A stretch of DNA of 40,893 bases from a virus (taxonomy: Duplodnaviria > Caudoviricetes), in IMG/VR virus record IMGVR_UViG_3300048575_000121, positions 1 through 40,893 of that record. The stretch is one strand, 5' to 3'. Below the pieces are notes generated by a model. That model did no database searches. It was not told where the DNA came from and worked only from the letters and a program-made list of their open reading frames with translations. The position numbers and the translations under genes were made by a program. Below are positions 8,606-17,183 of the stretch, piece by piece; the stretch's first letter is position 1, and each line of letters opens with the position of its first letter.

Positions 8606-10360
8606 TCAGGTCAGTTCGAATTCTTGCTGGCGTCGGATCGGCACCGCCGCCGGCGGCGGCAGGGCCTGGCCATGGTCCTTGAGGAAGCGCTGGGCGAGCT
8701 GGCGCAGCTGGTTCTCGCCGATGTCGCGGCGTTCGATCAGGTGCTCGCCCGGGTTGCGGACGCCCTCGATCTGCTCGCGCTTCACGCCGAGCACGTCGGA
8801 GACGATCGGGTCGCTGCCTTCGTCGGAGATCAGGAAGAACGCCTGCACCGGCAGCGCCTGGCCGTCGCGGTGCACGCGGCCGATGCACTGCTCATGCACA
8901 CCTGGCGACCAATCGAGTTCGCCGAAGACCACCGTGCTGCAGACGTGCTGCAGCCCGTCGATGCCGGCGCCGGCGCGGAGGCTGATCAGCATCACCTTGC
9001 TCTCGCCGGCGATGAACGCGTCCTTGGCGGCCTGCTTCTCCTTCGGCGACTCGCTGCCGGTGTACATGACCGGGTTGAAGTCGGCGAGCTTCTCCTGCCA
9101 GATGCCGTAGACCTCGCGGTGCCAGCCGAACAGCATCACCTGCTGGCCGCTTTCCACCAGGAGGCGCACGAACTCGGCGACGTAGGGCGCCTTGGCCACG
9201 CCGGTGGCCTGGCGCACCAGTTGGTCGAACTCGCCGGCGGCGCGCATCTTCTCGCCGCGGTAGGCCTCGTTCGCCGCCAGGATCGTCTTGGCCAGCGCGA
9301 CGGCGTCGCCGGTGATGCGCGCCAGCGCGGCGCTGTCGGACTCGATCTCGTGGGGGATCTTGGCCAGGGCCGGCAGCTCCCGGCCGACTTCCGCCCGGGT
9401 GCGCCGCAGCATGATGCCCTCGCGCCGCAGATAGGTGCCGAACTGCTCGGCGTCGCGCAGCTTGGGCTTCTCCCCAGGGCTGCCGATGCACCATTCGCGC
9501 AGGAACTCGTCGTAGCCACCCAAGCAGTCGGGGATCAGCGGGTTCACGACGTGGTAGAACTCCGATCCGTAGTTATAGATCGGCGTGGCCGTTAGGCCCA
9601 TGCGCAGCCGCGCCTGGCTGGCCAGGTAGCAGCAGGCCCGGTAGATGTCGCTGTCGGGGCTGCGCAGCTGCTGGCATTCCTCGAACACGGCGTACTGCAC
9701 GATCTCGCCCAGGACCTCGGCCCAGCCGCGCAGCTTGTGGTAGCTGACCAGGATGACGTCGGGCAGGGTGTCCCAGAGGTCGGTGATGCGCTGGCGCGGC
9801 TGCTTGGTCAGCGGGTAGGGCTGGCCCTTGCGGATGTGGTGCACGCGCAGGGCTGGCGCGAACTCGGCCAGCTTCTCCGGCCAGTGGTTGGGCAGCGCCG
9901 CCGGGTAGACCACCACGGCCGGCAGGTTGGCCGGCACGGCCATGGGGCACATGCCGGTCACCGTCTTCCCCAGCCCGAGGTCGTCGGCCAGCAGCAGGCC
10001 GCCGCGGATCTCGACCTGGGCGGCGGCGAACCGCTGGTACTCTCTGGGCGGCTTGGCCAGATCGAACGGCGGGACCGGTAGCCGGCCGGCGACCAGGTCC
10101 GCCAGGCTGCGTTCCATGGCGTGGTGCTGCTCAGCCAGGTGTTCCAGGCTGGCCCGGGCGTCGGCATCCATCTCCATGGGGTAGCGCTGCAGGAACCACA
10201 GCAGCTCCCGGCTGTTCTCCGGGCTGCCCAGCAGGTCGATGAAGTTCGCCGCCTGCTGCGGCACGCGGGGGAAGACGCGCTTCAGTCGGGAGCGAACCTG
10301 CGGCTCGCAGCTGATACGCCAGTAGCGGCCGTTGTAGGCCACGGTTCCGTAGTTCGTCAT
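8606..10360 (-). CDS. SNF2-family helicase/ATPase
   Basis: LLADDLGLGKT (motif I), LTATPIYN (III), MLRRTRAEV, GAGIDGLQ (V), EQCIGRVHRDGQ (VI); motif II reads FEECQ. Confidence 0.88.
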   Translation of the reverse strand: MTNYGTVAYNGRYWRISCEPQVRSRLKRVFPRVPQQAANFIDLLGSPENSRELLWFLQRYPMEMDADARASLEHLAEQHHAMERSLADLVAGRLPVPPFDLAKPPREYQRFAAAQVEIRGGLLLADDLGLGKTVTGMCPMAVPANLPAVVVYPAALPNHWPEKLAEFAPALRVHHIRKGQPYPLTKQPRQRITDLWDTLPDVILVSYHKLRGWAEVLGEIVQYAVFEECQQLRSPDSDIYRACCYLASQARLRMGLTATPIYNYGSEFYHVVNPLIPDCLGGYDEFLREWCIGSPGEKPKLRDAEQFGTYLRREGIMLRRTRAEVGRELPALAKIPHEIESDSAALARITGDAVALAKTILAANEAYRGEKMRAAGEFDQLVRQATGVAKAPYVAEFVRLLVESGQQVMLFGWHREVYGIWQEKLADFNPVMYTGSESPKEKQAAKDAFIAGESKVMLISLRAGAGIDGLQHVCSTVVFGELDWSPGVHEQCIGRVHRDGQALPVQAFFLISDEGSDPIVSDVLGVKREQIEGVRNPGEHLIERRDIGENQLRQLAQRFLKDHGQALPPPAAVPIRRQQEFELT

Positions 10361-10764
10361 AGCGCTTGCCGTCCCAGTCGTACCATCTGGAATGCCTTGC
10401 CGCCCCAGGCGGGGCGGTCTTTCAGGGGCGCCTCCGCCCACCGCTGCGTGCTCGCCAGCAGCACGCCGGTGACCTGCGGCAGGTGGATGTAGCGGTCAAC
10501 CTGGCGCAGGGCCTCGGCGAGCGTGCCGTCGACTTTCACCTCGATCACCAGGCCGTCGAGCCAGAAGTCGGCCCGGTTCTTGGCGTCGAGGATGTGCTCG
10601 CGCTCGAAGCTGATGCCGGCCTGGTCGAGCACCTCGGCGATGGCCTCGTGCAGCTTCACCTCACTGCTGTAGCGGTAGAGGTAGCCGCCCAGCAGCCGAG
10701 CGGCGCGGGACAGGTGCATGTGGATCGGCGAGGCGTCCCCGGTGCGAAGCGGGGCGCCATTCAC
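10357..10764 (-). CDS. PD-(D/E)xK-type nuclease
   Basis: E..LH..I...FERE...RADF..LVIEVK...QVDRY; GTG start overlaps the ndpA stop. Confidence 0.65.
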   Translation of the reverse strand: MNGAPLRTGDASPIHMHLSRAARLLGGYLYRYSSEVKLHEAIAEVLDQAGISFEREHILDAKNRADFWLDGLVIEVKVDGTLAEALRQVDRYIHLPQVTGVLLASTQRWAEAPLKDRPAWGGKAFQMVRLGRQAL

Positions 10765-11768
10765 GGCGCCACCTTCTTCATCTGGGCCTTGAGCTGTTCG
10801 GGCACCCCGTGGATCAGCAGGGTGTCGCGGCCGGCGTCGAACTCGACCTTGGAGCCCAGCAGGTGGGGCGCGAAGCTGATCGACAGGCCGTCGGCCTTCG
10901 CGGTGAAGCGCCGGAAGCTGTTCAGCGTGCGCTTGTCCGGCGGAATCTCCTGGGCCAGGCCGTAGTCCTTGTCGCGGATGAAGTCGGCGAAGGCGCGCGG
11001 CGCCTGCTCGTCCATCAGCTCGGACAGGGCGTCCAGGGTGATCGGTGCGCCGATCTTCGCCTGCGCCGCGGCGTAGTCGAGCAGGGTTTCGGTCTTCTCG
11101 CGCGCCTCGGCGTCCGGCAGGTCCTCGCTCTCCACGAAGTCGCTGAAGGCCTTCAGAAGGGTGCGGGTCTCGCTGGGGGCGTCGACGCCCTCGGTGCAGC
11201 CGATGCAGTCGTTGAAGTAGGAGGTGAACTTGCGGCCGCGCTTCGGTTTCAGGAACGAGATGTACTGCTTCGACGCCTTGTTGGTGCGCCACTCCGATAG
11301 GTTGATGCGCGCCGCGAACTGCAGGTGGCCCAGGTCGAAGCTCCGGGTGGTGACCGCCTCCAGCCGCTCGTTGATGCCGACGCTCTCGGTCTGCTGCAGC
11401 AGCGCCACCACCAGGTAGTCGGTCATGCCCTGCTGGAAGTGGTTGATCAGCAGGTGGCCACCGACGCTCAGGTTCGATTCTTCCATCAGGGCCTTCATGT
11501 GCTCGGCCGTCACCTTGGCGAAGGCGACGAAGTCCTGTTCGCCGTCCAGGTACTTGGTCAGCCAGCCGCTGAAGGGATAGGCGCCTGACTCCTCGATGAA
11601 CAGGCCCCAGGCCTTGCCCGGCTTGGAGTTGTAGGCCGTGCCCAGGTCGAAGTGCAGATTCTCCAGGGCCTGCGATTCGGCCAGCGCCTGGGCGGCCAGG
11701 TGCAGCACCGCGGGGTTGCCGTCCGGCTTCTTGTCGATGTGGTGGATGATCGCGTTGCGAATGGGCAT
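10761..11768 (-). CDS. ndpA: Nucleoid-associated protein, NdpA/YejK family
   Basis: [17 protein letters not shown]..., [29 protein letters not shown]...[19 protein letters not shown]. Confidence 0.88.
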   Translation of the reverse strand: MPIRNAIIHHIDKKPDGNPAVLHLAAQALAESQALENLHFDLGTAYNSKPGKAWGLFIEESGAYPFSGWLTKYLDGEQDFVAFAKVTAEHMKALMEESNLSVGGHLLINHFQQGMTDYLVVALLQQTESVGINERLEAVTTRSFDLGHLQFAARINLSEWRTNKASKQYISFLKPKRGRKFTSYFNDCIGCTEGVDAPSETRTLLKAFSDFVESEDLPDAEAREKTETLLDYAAAQAKIGAPITLDALSELMDEQAPRAFADFIRDKDYGLAQEIPPDKRTLNSFRRFTAKADGLSISFAPHLLGSKVEFDAGRDTLLIHGVPEQLKAQMKKVAP

Positions 11769-11850
11769 GACGATTCCTCGGCGCGTGCTGGCGCGGTGAG
11801 AATGAGTTGGGGTAGGGTGACTTTCTTACTTAATTGCCACGGAAGCTGTC

Positions 11851-12552
11851 ATGGTCGGAATTGCGCACATTGCCCAGTACCAAGAAGCGTACAAAGCGGC
11901 GCTGACTATCAACCGGGAATTCCCGAACTTAGATGCTCAAGGGCTGTTGATCCTGTTCGGTAATTTCGAACGGCTGATAGTTCCGCTTGTTGAGGAGGTT
12001 GCGCCTGGATGGGAGCACTGCGGCTCTCTCGGGCGCCATATGACTTTCTTGAAGCGATACCTCGACCACGGGCAGAAAGAGCTGTGTGCAAGCGACGCGT
12101 TCGACATCGTCTACTACGACATGCCAATCCTTGCGGACTACTTGATTGCTGGAGCTGGCGGGCCTGGTGAAACGGACCCGCGCTTATTTGAGGCCACGAA
12201 CCGGCTGTTTGAAATCGGCGACCACGCCTCGGTGATTCGCGCCGCATTCCCTGTGCTTTCTGCGCGGCTTCGCCGGCTCTTTGGTATTCCGCTCGGGTCG
12301 GATGGCGAAGGATTGGTTAATGCCATCTTCGCCAGAGGCGAAGGAACTAACCCTGTCCGTCTTGATAACGACGAGAAGACTGCATACAGAAACTTGCTGG
12401 CAGGGTTTTATGCGACTTATAGGAACAGGCTGAACCATGATGATTTCCAGCCGACACTATCTCAGGCAAAGGGCGTAGTTGAGATGACAAACTCGCTAAT
12501 TAAGGACCTTGAGGAAGTTGCCGAACAATCCGCGAGGCAGAACTTGCCTTGA
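11851..12552 (+). CDS. TIGR02391/Ymh-like (HEPN-like) domain protein, moron
   Basis: DPRL....LF..GD....I..AF...LR....SDG..LV..IF...LLAG.Y..YRNRLNH (RxxxxH); lower GC and opposite orientation to the operon. Confidence 0.6.
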   Translation: MVGIAHIAQYQEAYKAALTINREFPNLDAQGLLILFGNFERLIVPLVEEVAPGWEHCGSLGRHMTFLKRYLDHGQKELCASDAFDIVYYDMPILADYLIAGAGGPGETDPRLFEATNRLFEIGDHASVIRAAFPVLSARLRRLFGIPLGSDGEGLVNAIFARGEGTNPVRLDNDEKTAYRNLLAGFYATYRNRLNHDDFQPTLSQAKGVVEMTNSLIKDLEEVAEQSARQNLP

Positions 12553-12644
12553 TATTTCGGCAACTCGGGCCCTGCTAGCGCAATGGCATGGAGCGGGGTA
12601 GGTTCGTTAGCCCGGCATGGGGCCGGATTAAGGAGAAAGTGAAA

Positions 12645-12863
12645 ATGGAAAACGACCAGGACATCTACAAGCGCAAGCTCGGCGTCCCAGCGGAGCATTC
12701 GCTCGTAGAGACTGCATCCAAGCGTGAGCAGCGGCATGGCCAGGACGCGGACATCTACTGGTTCGACGAGGTAGACGCGGAGGGGAATGTGGTGAATCAG
12801 CACGTCCTTCGCGACAGCATGTCGATCTATCCGCCGTACGGCAGGACCATCACCGTAGAGTGA
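12645..12863 (+). CDS. Hypothetical protein (72 aa), moron
   Basis: TAAGGAG RBS; MENDQDIYKRKLG... Confidence 0.6.
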   Translation: MENDQDIYKRKLGVPAEHSLVETASKREQRHGQDADIYWFDEVDAEGNVVNQHVLRDSMSIYPPYGRTITVE

Positions 12864-12880
12864 TGACGTGCGGGGCGCCT

Positions 12881-13666
12881 CTAGCCCCGCACCTCCATGT
12901 ACGCTGCTACGAACTGCGTCGCCGCTTCAGCATTGAGGGCGTTTCCGTAGGCGCGCAGGCGTCCACCTCGATCGGTATTGCCATCAGCCAACGGCTCAAT
13001 GCCGGGTTCAAGTAGACGCCAGGAACCGTCGGCTCCTTCCATTGGGACCGCGGCAGACCATGGAGGCAAGCCGCATCGGTCAGGGTAACCCCCCCGTGGT
13101 GCCGACTTCCCTGCCTCCGGCTGCTCGTTGCATTTCGACTCCCGATGGCGTCCTGGGCGGTTGGCGTGGGCCACGATCCACAGGCGTTGTCTGAGGTGCG
13201 GAGCGCCGATCCCCGCAGAGCAGATATCGAACGCTGCGCAGGCGTAGTTCTCTCCCTCCATGTCAGCCTGAACAAGGTCGAGCCACGCGAGGCCAGCCTT
13301 GCTCGCAACCTGCTCCCCAAAGATGACTTCAGGACGGCACTCTCGGATGAGATGATGCCATGCTGGCCAAAGGTGCCGCTCATCAGCAAACCCAAGCTGC
13401 GCGCCTCCCTCGCTGAAAGGTTGGCAAGGACAGGAACCCGTCCAAACAGGTCGATCATCTGGCCATCCGGCGCGGCGAAGGGCGAGAGACCAGACGCCGA
13501 TACCGGCGAAGAAGTGGCATTGGGTGTAAGGGCGGAGGTCATCGGGGTGTACGTCCTCGATCGAGCGTTCGTCGACGTCGCCAGGCGCGATGTGGCCGGC
13601 GGCGATCAGGTTGCGTAGCCACTGGGCGGCGTAGGCGTCGTGCTCGTTGTAGTAGGCGGCATGCAT
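12881..13666 (-). CDS. DNA cytosine-C5 methyltransferase (alpha-like polypeptide)
   Basis: HFFAGIG (motif I), GSCPCQPFS (IV), FGEQV (VI), APHLRQRLW (VIII), LRAYGNA (X). Confidence 0.88.
   Translation of the reverse strand: MHAAYYNEHDAYAAQWLRNLIAAGHIAPGDVDERSIEDVHPDDLRPYTQCHFFAGIGVWSLALRRAGWPDDRPVWTGSCPCQPFSEGGAQLGFADERHLWPAWHHLIRECRPEVIFGEQVASKAGLAWLDLVQADMEGENYACAAFDICSAGIGAPHLRQRLWIVAHANRPGRHRESKCNEQPEAGKSAPRGGYPDRCGLPPWSAAVPMEGADGSWRLLEPGIEPLADGNTDRGGRLRAYGNALNAEAATQFVAAYMEVRG
12907..13542 (-). CDS. Overprinted alternative-frame ORF, putative beta subunit of the MTase (start uncertain)
   Basis: Open 211 codons inside the MTase gene; WPTPTAQD and LNPALSRWLMAIP (motif IX-like, absent from the main frame). 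Confidence 0.55.
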   Translation of the reverse strand: MTSALTPNATSSPVSASGLSPFAAPDGQMIDLFGRVPVLANLSAREARSLGLLMSGTFGQHGIISSESAVLKSSLGSRLRARLASRGSTLFRLTWRERTTPAQRSISALRGSALRTSDNACGSWPTPTAQDAIGSRNATSSRRQGSRHHGGVTLTDAACLHGLPRSQWKEPTVPGVYLNPALSRWLMAIPIEVDACAPTETPSMLKRRRSS

Positions 13667-13668
13667 GG

Positions 13669-14049
13669 CTATGCCGCACTGCGGTTCGGCTGTGCTCCGT
13701 AGGGTGCCCACCCGATCTTCGGCGCCTTGGTCTTCTTGTCGATGAGGGGATTGCCCTTCTCATCGGTGAGGGTGACGCGCGCTTTGATGTGCATGTCGCG
13801 GCACTTCAAGGTCCGCCGCGCCAGGCGGATGAAGTCGTCGGCGTACTGGGGCGAGTCGAACAGAGGACTGAGCTGCTTGGTCTTCGTGCCGGCCATGATC
13901 TCGTCGGCGCGCTTCTCGCAGAGCGCGAGCCACTCGGTCATGGGGATGCCAACCTCGCCATGCAGGGTTTTCCGAGTTATCTTCACGGTCTTCCTGGCCT
14001 GCTCAAGCGCCACGTCTCGAGTCATTCCGAATACGGCGAAGGTACTCAT
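13669..14049 (-). CDS. Phage hypothetical protein
   Basis: MSTFAVFGMTRDVA...; GGAGG RBS, ATGA overlap. Confidence 0.7.
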   Translation of the reverse strand: MSTFAVFGMTRDVALEQARKTVKITRKTLHGEVGIPMTEWLALCEKRADEIMAGTKTKQLSPLFDSPQYADDFIRLARRTLKCRDMHIKARVTLTDEKGNPLIDKKTKAPKIGWAPYGAQPNRSAA

Positions 14050-14363
14050 ATCCGATCCTCCAGCCGCTTCGCCCACGAACTGATCGCAGTCCGTAGGTCA
14101 TCGGTCATGTCGTGCTCGCCGAGGAGCGCGCGCAGATTTTCCAGATCCATCCTCACGCGGCGCTTGAGAGCCCTGCGCTCGTCATGCAAGCAGTCGAGCT
14201 CGGACTCCGCCTCGCGGAGCTGGCTCTGCAGCTCCTCCAGTTCGGATTCGTGATCGGTCTCGCCGGCCGCGATGCGCCGGGCGAGCTCTACGGCGGCTTC
14301 CGGGCAGACGCCGGCGTAGCCTTCCAGCTCCTCGTCGGAGCAGGCTTGAACGGGTAGGGTCAT
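14046..14363 (-). CDS. Phage hypothetical coiled-coil protein
   Basis: 105-aa ORF with GGAG RBS. Confidence 0.65.
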   Translation of the reverse strand: MTLPVQACSDEELEGYAGVCPEAAVELARRIAAGETDHESELEELQSQLREAESELDCLHDERRALKRRVRMDLENLRALLGEHDMTDDLRTAISSWAKRLEDRI

Positions 14364-14422
14364 GGTCTTCTCCAGATGGAGTAACCCGGCCCCGTTTACG
14401 GCGGCGCCGGGTATCTAGTTGG

Positions 14423-14605
14423 CTATCGAGGTAGGCAAGGCGCACTCAGTCCGCCGATCTCTACCTGGCGGATGCGCTGCCGCAGCCAGTCGGGATTCAC
14501 GCCAAGGCCGCTTGCGATGTGCTGCCAGTCGATGCCGGCAGCGCGGAGTTCGTATGCCAGGGCGAGCTCGTTGTTGCCCAGGCGACCATTCGGCCGGGCG
14601 CTCAT
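14423..14605 (-). CDS. Small HTH-like phage protein
   Basis: LAYELRAAGIDWQHIASGLGV..DWLR; ATGA overlap. Confidence 0.55.
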   Translation of the reverse strand: MSARPNGRLGNNELALAYELRAAGIDWQHIASGLGVNPDWLRQRIRQVEIGGLSAPCLPR

Positions 14606-14916
14606 TGCTCGCTCCTGTCGAGGGCATCAGCTTCGCGCCGGCCCTCCGCTTCAAGCCTGCGCGCCACGCTTTCGCTGATTGCGATTTCGTGGCGCGGAAC
14701 GGCGAGGAGCTGAGCGGCGCGGTCGGGCCCCAAAGCATGCACATTGAGGATCAGCAGCTGCACAGCCTCGGCTTTCTGCTCGATGTCACCCCAGCGCATC
14801 AGGTCGTCCAGCTTGGCCAGCACACCAGGTCGAACCCGGTGCCGCAGTTCCTCCTCGCCGACCTCGGCGCGCTTCGCTGCAGCCTTGGCGGAGCGCTCCT
14901 GCTGAGTCTTCGCCAT
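14602..14916 (-). CDS. Phage hypothetical protein
   Basis: MAKTQQERSAKAAAKR...EELRHRVRPG... Confidence 0.7.
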   Translation of the reverse strand: MAKTQQERSAKAAAKRAEVGEEELRHRVRPGVLAKLDDLMRWGDIEQKAEAVQLLILNVHALGPDRAAQLLAVPRHEIAISESVARRLEAEGRREADALDRSEQ

Positions 14917-15179
14917 CAGCCTTCCGTCCCCGGGTTGTCGCGCCCCATCCGCTCCAGTTCGCTGGCGCGCTGGCAGGCATCGTTGTGGCTGCGACGGAAA
15001 CCGCGCACTTTGCCGGTGGCGGTCTCGACGATGTGGAAGAAGCCGCGACCGGCGGGCTTCACCTGGTACAGCGGCACCTCGGCGGCCAGGCGCCGGCGGA
15101 CGGCGAATGCCTGGCGCGCGGCGGCGGTCTGGCGGAGCAGGTCGGCCAGCTGCTGCTGGCAGGGGATCAGCTGTTGCAT
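14916..15179 (-). CDS. Phage hypothetical protein
   Basis: GAGGA RBS; YQVKPAGRGFFHIVETATGKVRGFR. Confidence 0.7.
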   Translation of the reverse strand: MQQLIPCQQQLADLLRQTAAARQAFAVRRRLAAEVPLYQVKPAGRGFFHIVETATGKVRGFRRSHNDACQRASELERMGRDNPGTEG

Positions 15180-15289
15180 GGCGTTTCCTCTGTTGGGTGG
15201 TTTCCTTTCGGCAGCACTCGGTCGCGCGGCTGTGCGCCGGTGGGCGCCGCGGTGAGTGCTGTCGGAAAGAAACTGGAGGGGGGGAAGGG

Positions 15290-15314
15290 GAAAGGCCGGC
15301 GGTGCCGGCCTTTC
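15290..15314 (-). terminator. Stem-loop downstream of the DGR RT, probable intrinsic terminator
   Basis: Perfect 11-bp inverted repeat GAAAGGCCGGC-ggt-GCCGGCCTTTC, followed by a pyrimidine run on the minus strand. Confidence 0.5.
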
Positions 15315-15419
15315 GGTCTCACAAACGCCGCCGTATGTGAGTGTTTCGCGGCGCGCCCGGCGTTGTTGCCGAACTACCTGGGTTGATGGTCTACATGGCT
15401 GCCACTCCTCCTGCAGGGG

Positions 15420-16508
15420 TTACTGGTAGGTCTTGGTCAGCGAGCCGCTGACCGACTTTCCTCGGTTCAGGACCACCCTCGCCAGCGCCGCGCGGTCCTG
15501 GTGTGAATGACTGGCCTGGCGCAGCAGGCCGAAGTAGCTATTGGCGACGGTCCGCATGTCCTCCGGCGGCGCCGCGGCGACTCGCCGAAGCGCCTCCTTC
15601 GCGGTCCGCTTCCTGGTAGTGCGCCGCCAGGGTTTGATGACGTGGCCGACGAAGTCGACGCCGCGCTCAACGGGCTGCAGGATGGTCTTCGCCGGGTTGA
15701 GCCGGGCGCCCAGGCTGGGCAGGAACGCCTCGATCGCCTCGCGCCACTCGTTGAGCTGCTGCGGCGACTCATGCAGCAGCAGGAAGTCGTCGACGTACCT
15801 GATGTAGTGCCGCGCGTGCAGCTCGTGCTTCACGAACTGATCAAGGTCGTTCAGATAGATGTTGGCGAAGAACTGGCTGCTGAGGTTGCCGATGGGAAGT
15901 CCCAGGTGTGCCGGCTGGGAGGCGAGCTGCTTGTGCTGTGGGACCTTGTTGAAAAGCTTGGGCGAGCTGCGCACCTCGTAGTCGGTCCGTGGATCGTGCC
16001 AGAGGATCTGCAGCGCCAGGCGCCTCCACCAGGTGTCATCGATCAGGCGCACCAGCTGGTTGCTGAGCACGCGCTTGTCGATCGTGACGAAGAAGTTCGC
16101 CAGGTCCAGCTTGAGGTAGTGCGCCGGGCGGCTCCAGTTCTGCGTCACGCTCCGTATCTTGCTTTCGAGCCGCTCGGCGGCGTACAGCGTGCCGCGGCCC
16201 GGGATGCAAGCGCAGCTGTCGGCGACGAACTTTGCTTCGATGCTGGCGCCGACCTGGTTGTAGAGCAGGTGATGCACTATGCGGTCGCGGAATTCTGCGG
16301 CCCACACCTCGCGATGCTTCGGCCGGGTGACGACGAAGCAGATACTTCGGCCAGGCCGGTAGGTACCGGCCAGCAACTCGTCGTGGAGATCCAGCAGGTT
16401 CTCCTCGAGGTTCATCTCGAAGTGCCGTGCGCTGTTGGTGTTGCGCTTGTGGCGCCGGCAGTCGAAGTAGGCCTGGGCCAGGTCTTCGAAAGTGAAGGGT
16501 GCAACCAT
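15420..16508 (-). CDS. DGR reverse transcriptase (frame stays open upstream through the TR to 16718; start uncertain)
   Basis: RPKHREVWAAEFRDRIVHH, SCACIPGRGT, YLKLDLANFF, GLPIGNLSSQFFANIYL (DGR-type), YIRYVDD, GVDFVG. Confidence 0.95.
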   Translation of the reverse strand: MVAPFTFEDLAQAYFDCRRHKRNTNSARHFEMNLEENLLDLHDELLAGTYRPGRSICFVVTRPKHREVWAAEFRDRIVHHLLYNQVGASIEAKFVADSCACIPGRGTLYAAERLESKIRSVTQNWSRPAHYLKLDLANFFVTIDKRVLSNQLVRLIDDTWWRRLALQILWHDPRTDYEVRSSPKLFNKVPQHKQLASQPAHLGLPIGNLSSQFFANIYLNDLDQFVKHELHARHYIRYVDDFLLLHESPQQLNEWREAIEAFLPSLGARLNPAKTILQPVERGVDFVGHVIKPWRRTTRKRTAKEALRRVAAAPPEDMRTVANSYFGLLRQASHSHQDRAALARVVLNRGKSVSGSLTKTYQ

Positions 16509-16513
16509 CAAAT

Positions 16514-16613
16514 CTGCGGACGGGGCGGGCGACGCGCTCGTTGTTCTTGTCGTTGTTGTTCTGCCAGCCATCTTCGAAGTCCATGTTGTAGGCGTTGTTG
16601 GCGGAGCGCTGCG
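16514..16613 (-). repeat. DGR template repeat (TR), 100 bp
   Basis: CGCAGCGCTCCGCCAACAACGCCTACAACATGGACTTCGAAGATGGCTGGCAGAACAACAACGACAAGAACAACGAGCGCGTCGCCCGCCCCGTCCGCAG; 29 A, 8 AAC codons; lies between avd and RT. Confidence 0.96.
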
Positions 16614-16769
16614 ACCTATCGTGCTATCCACGTCGCCCCGCCGATTGCTCAACGGAGAAACTGCGCCAGGCCTCGCCGGTAGCCGGTGGTCCCTGTGGGT
16701 GCGCATGGCGGTGCCCAACCGGGCAGCGGCACGACCAGATTTGGCGCGCAGGCAGGAGGGCCGTAACCC

Positions 16770-17126
16770 TCAAGCAACGGGCGCAGTTTCGGTGGCTTTC
16801 TTCCAGGCGTTGGCCTGGCGGCCGATGGAAGCGGTCAGCTTCATGGCCTTGGCTTGCTGCGGGATGCTGATGAATCGCTCGTTCACCATCGCGCGCAGCA
16901 GCAGGTTGATCTTCCAGATGCTCTGGAGCAGCTCATCAAGGAGCGGGCGACGGTTGCGATCCATGTTGGCTCGGCCGATCAGCACCAGGACCTCCAGGGC
17001 CTCATCGCGGAGCTTGCCGCCGATGAGTTGCTTCATGTCGCGCGGGATGTGCCGAACCAGCTTGAGCACGACGCCGAACAGCTCCTCGGCACTGCGGTGG
17101 ATCTCGAGTTCGGTGTGCAGCGCCAT
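16770..17126 (-). CDS. avd: DGR accessory variability determinant (Avd-like four-helix bundle)
   Basis: 118-aa basic helical protein (IPRDMKQLIGGKL...IGRQANAWKK), GAGG RBS, directly upstream of TR-RT. Confidence 0.85.
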   Translation of the reverse strand: MALHTELEIHRSAEELFGVVLKLVRHIPRDMKQLIGGKLRDEALEVLVLIGRANMDRNRRPLLDELLQSIWKINLLLRAMVNERFISIPQQAKAMKLTASIGRQANAWKKATETAPVA

Positions 17127-17147
17127 CCCGACTACCTCGAAAAGCGA

Positions 17148-17163
17148 GGGCGCTGACGCGCCC
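17148..17163 (-). promoter_or_regulatory. GC hairpin downstream of VR1 (candidate retrohoming cis element)
   Basis: GGGCGC-GTCA-GCGCCC, about 33 nt past the VR1 end. Confidence 0.5.
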
Positions 17164-17183
17164 ATGAATGAAGGATTGAAGGA

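Noticed and set aside
16036-16584. ORF starting MDFEDGWQNNNDKNNERVARPVRR as a third DGR target
   Set aside because: This is the TR read in the VR frame, running out of frame into the RT; it lacks the target N-terminal domain.
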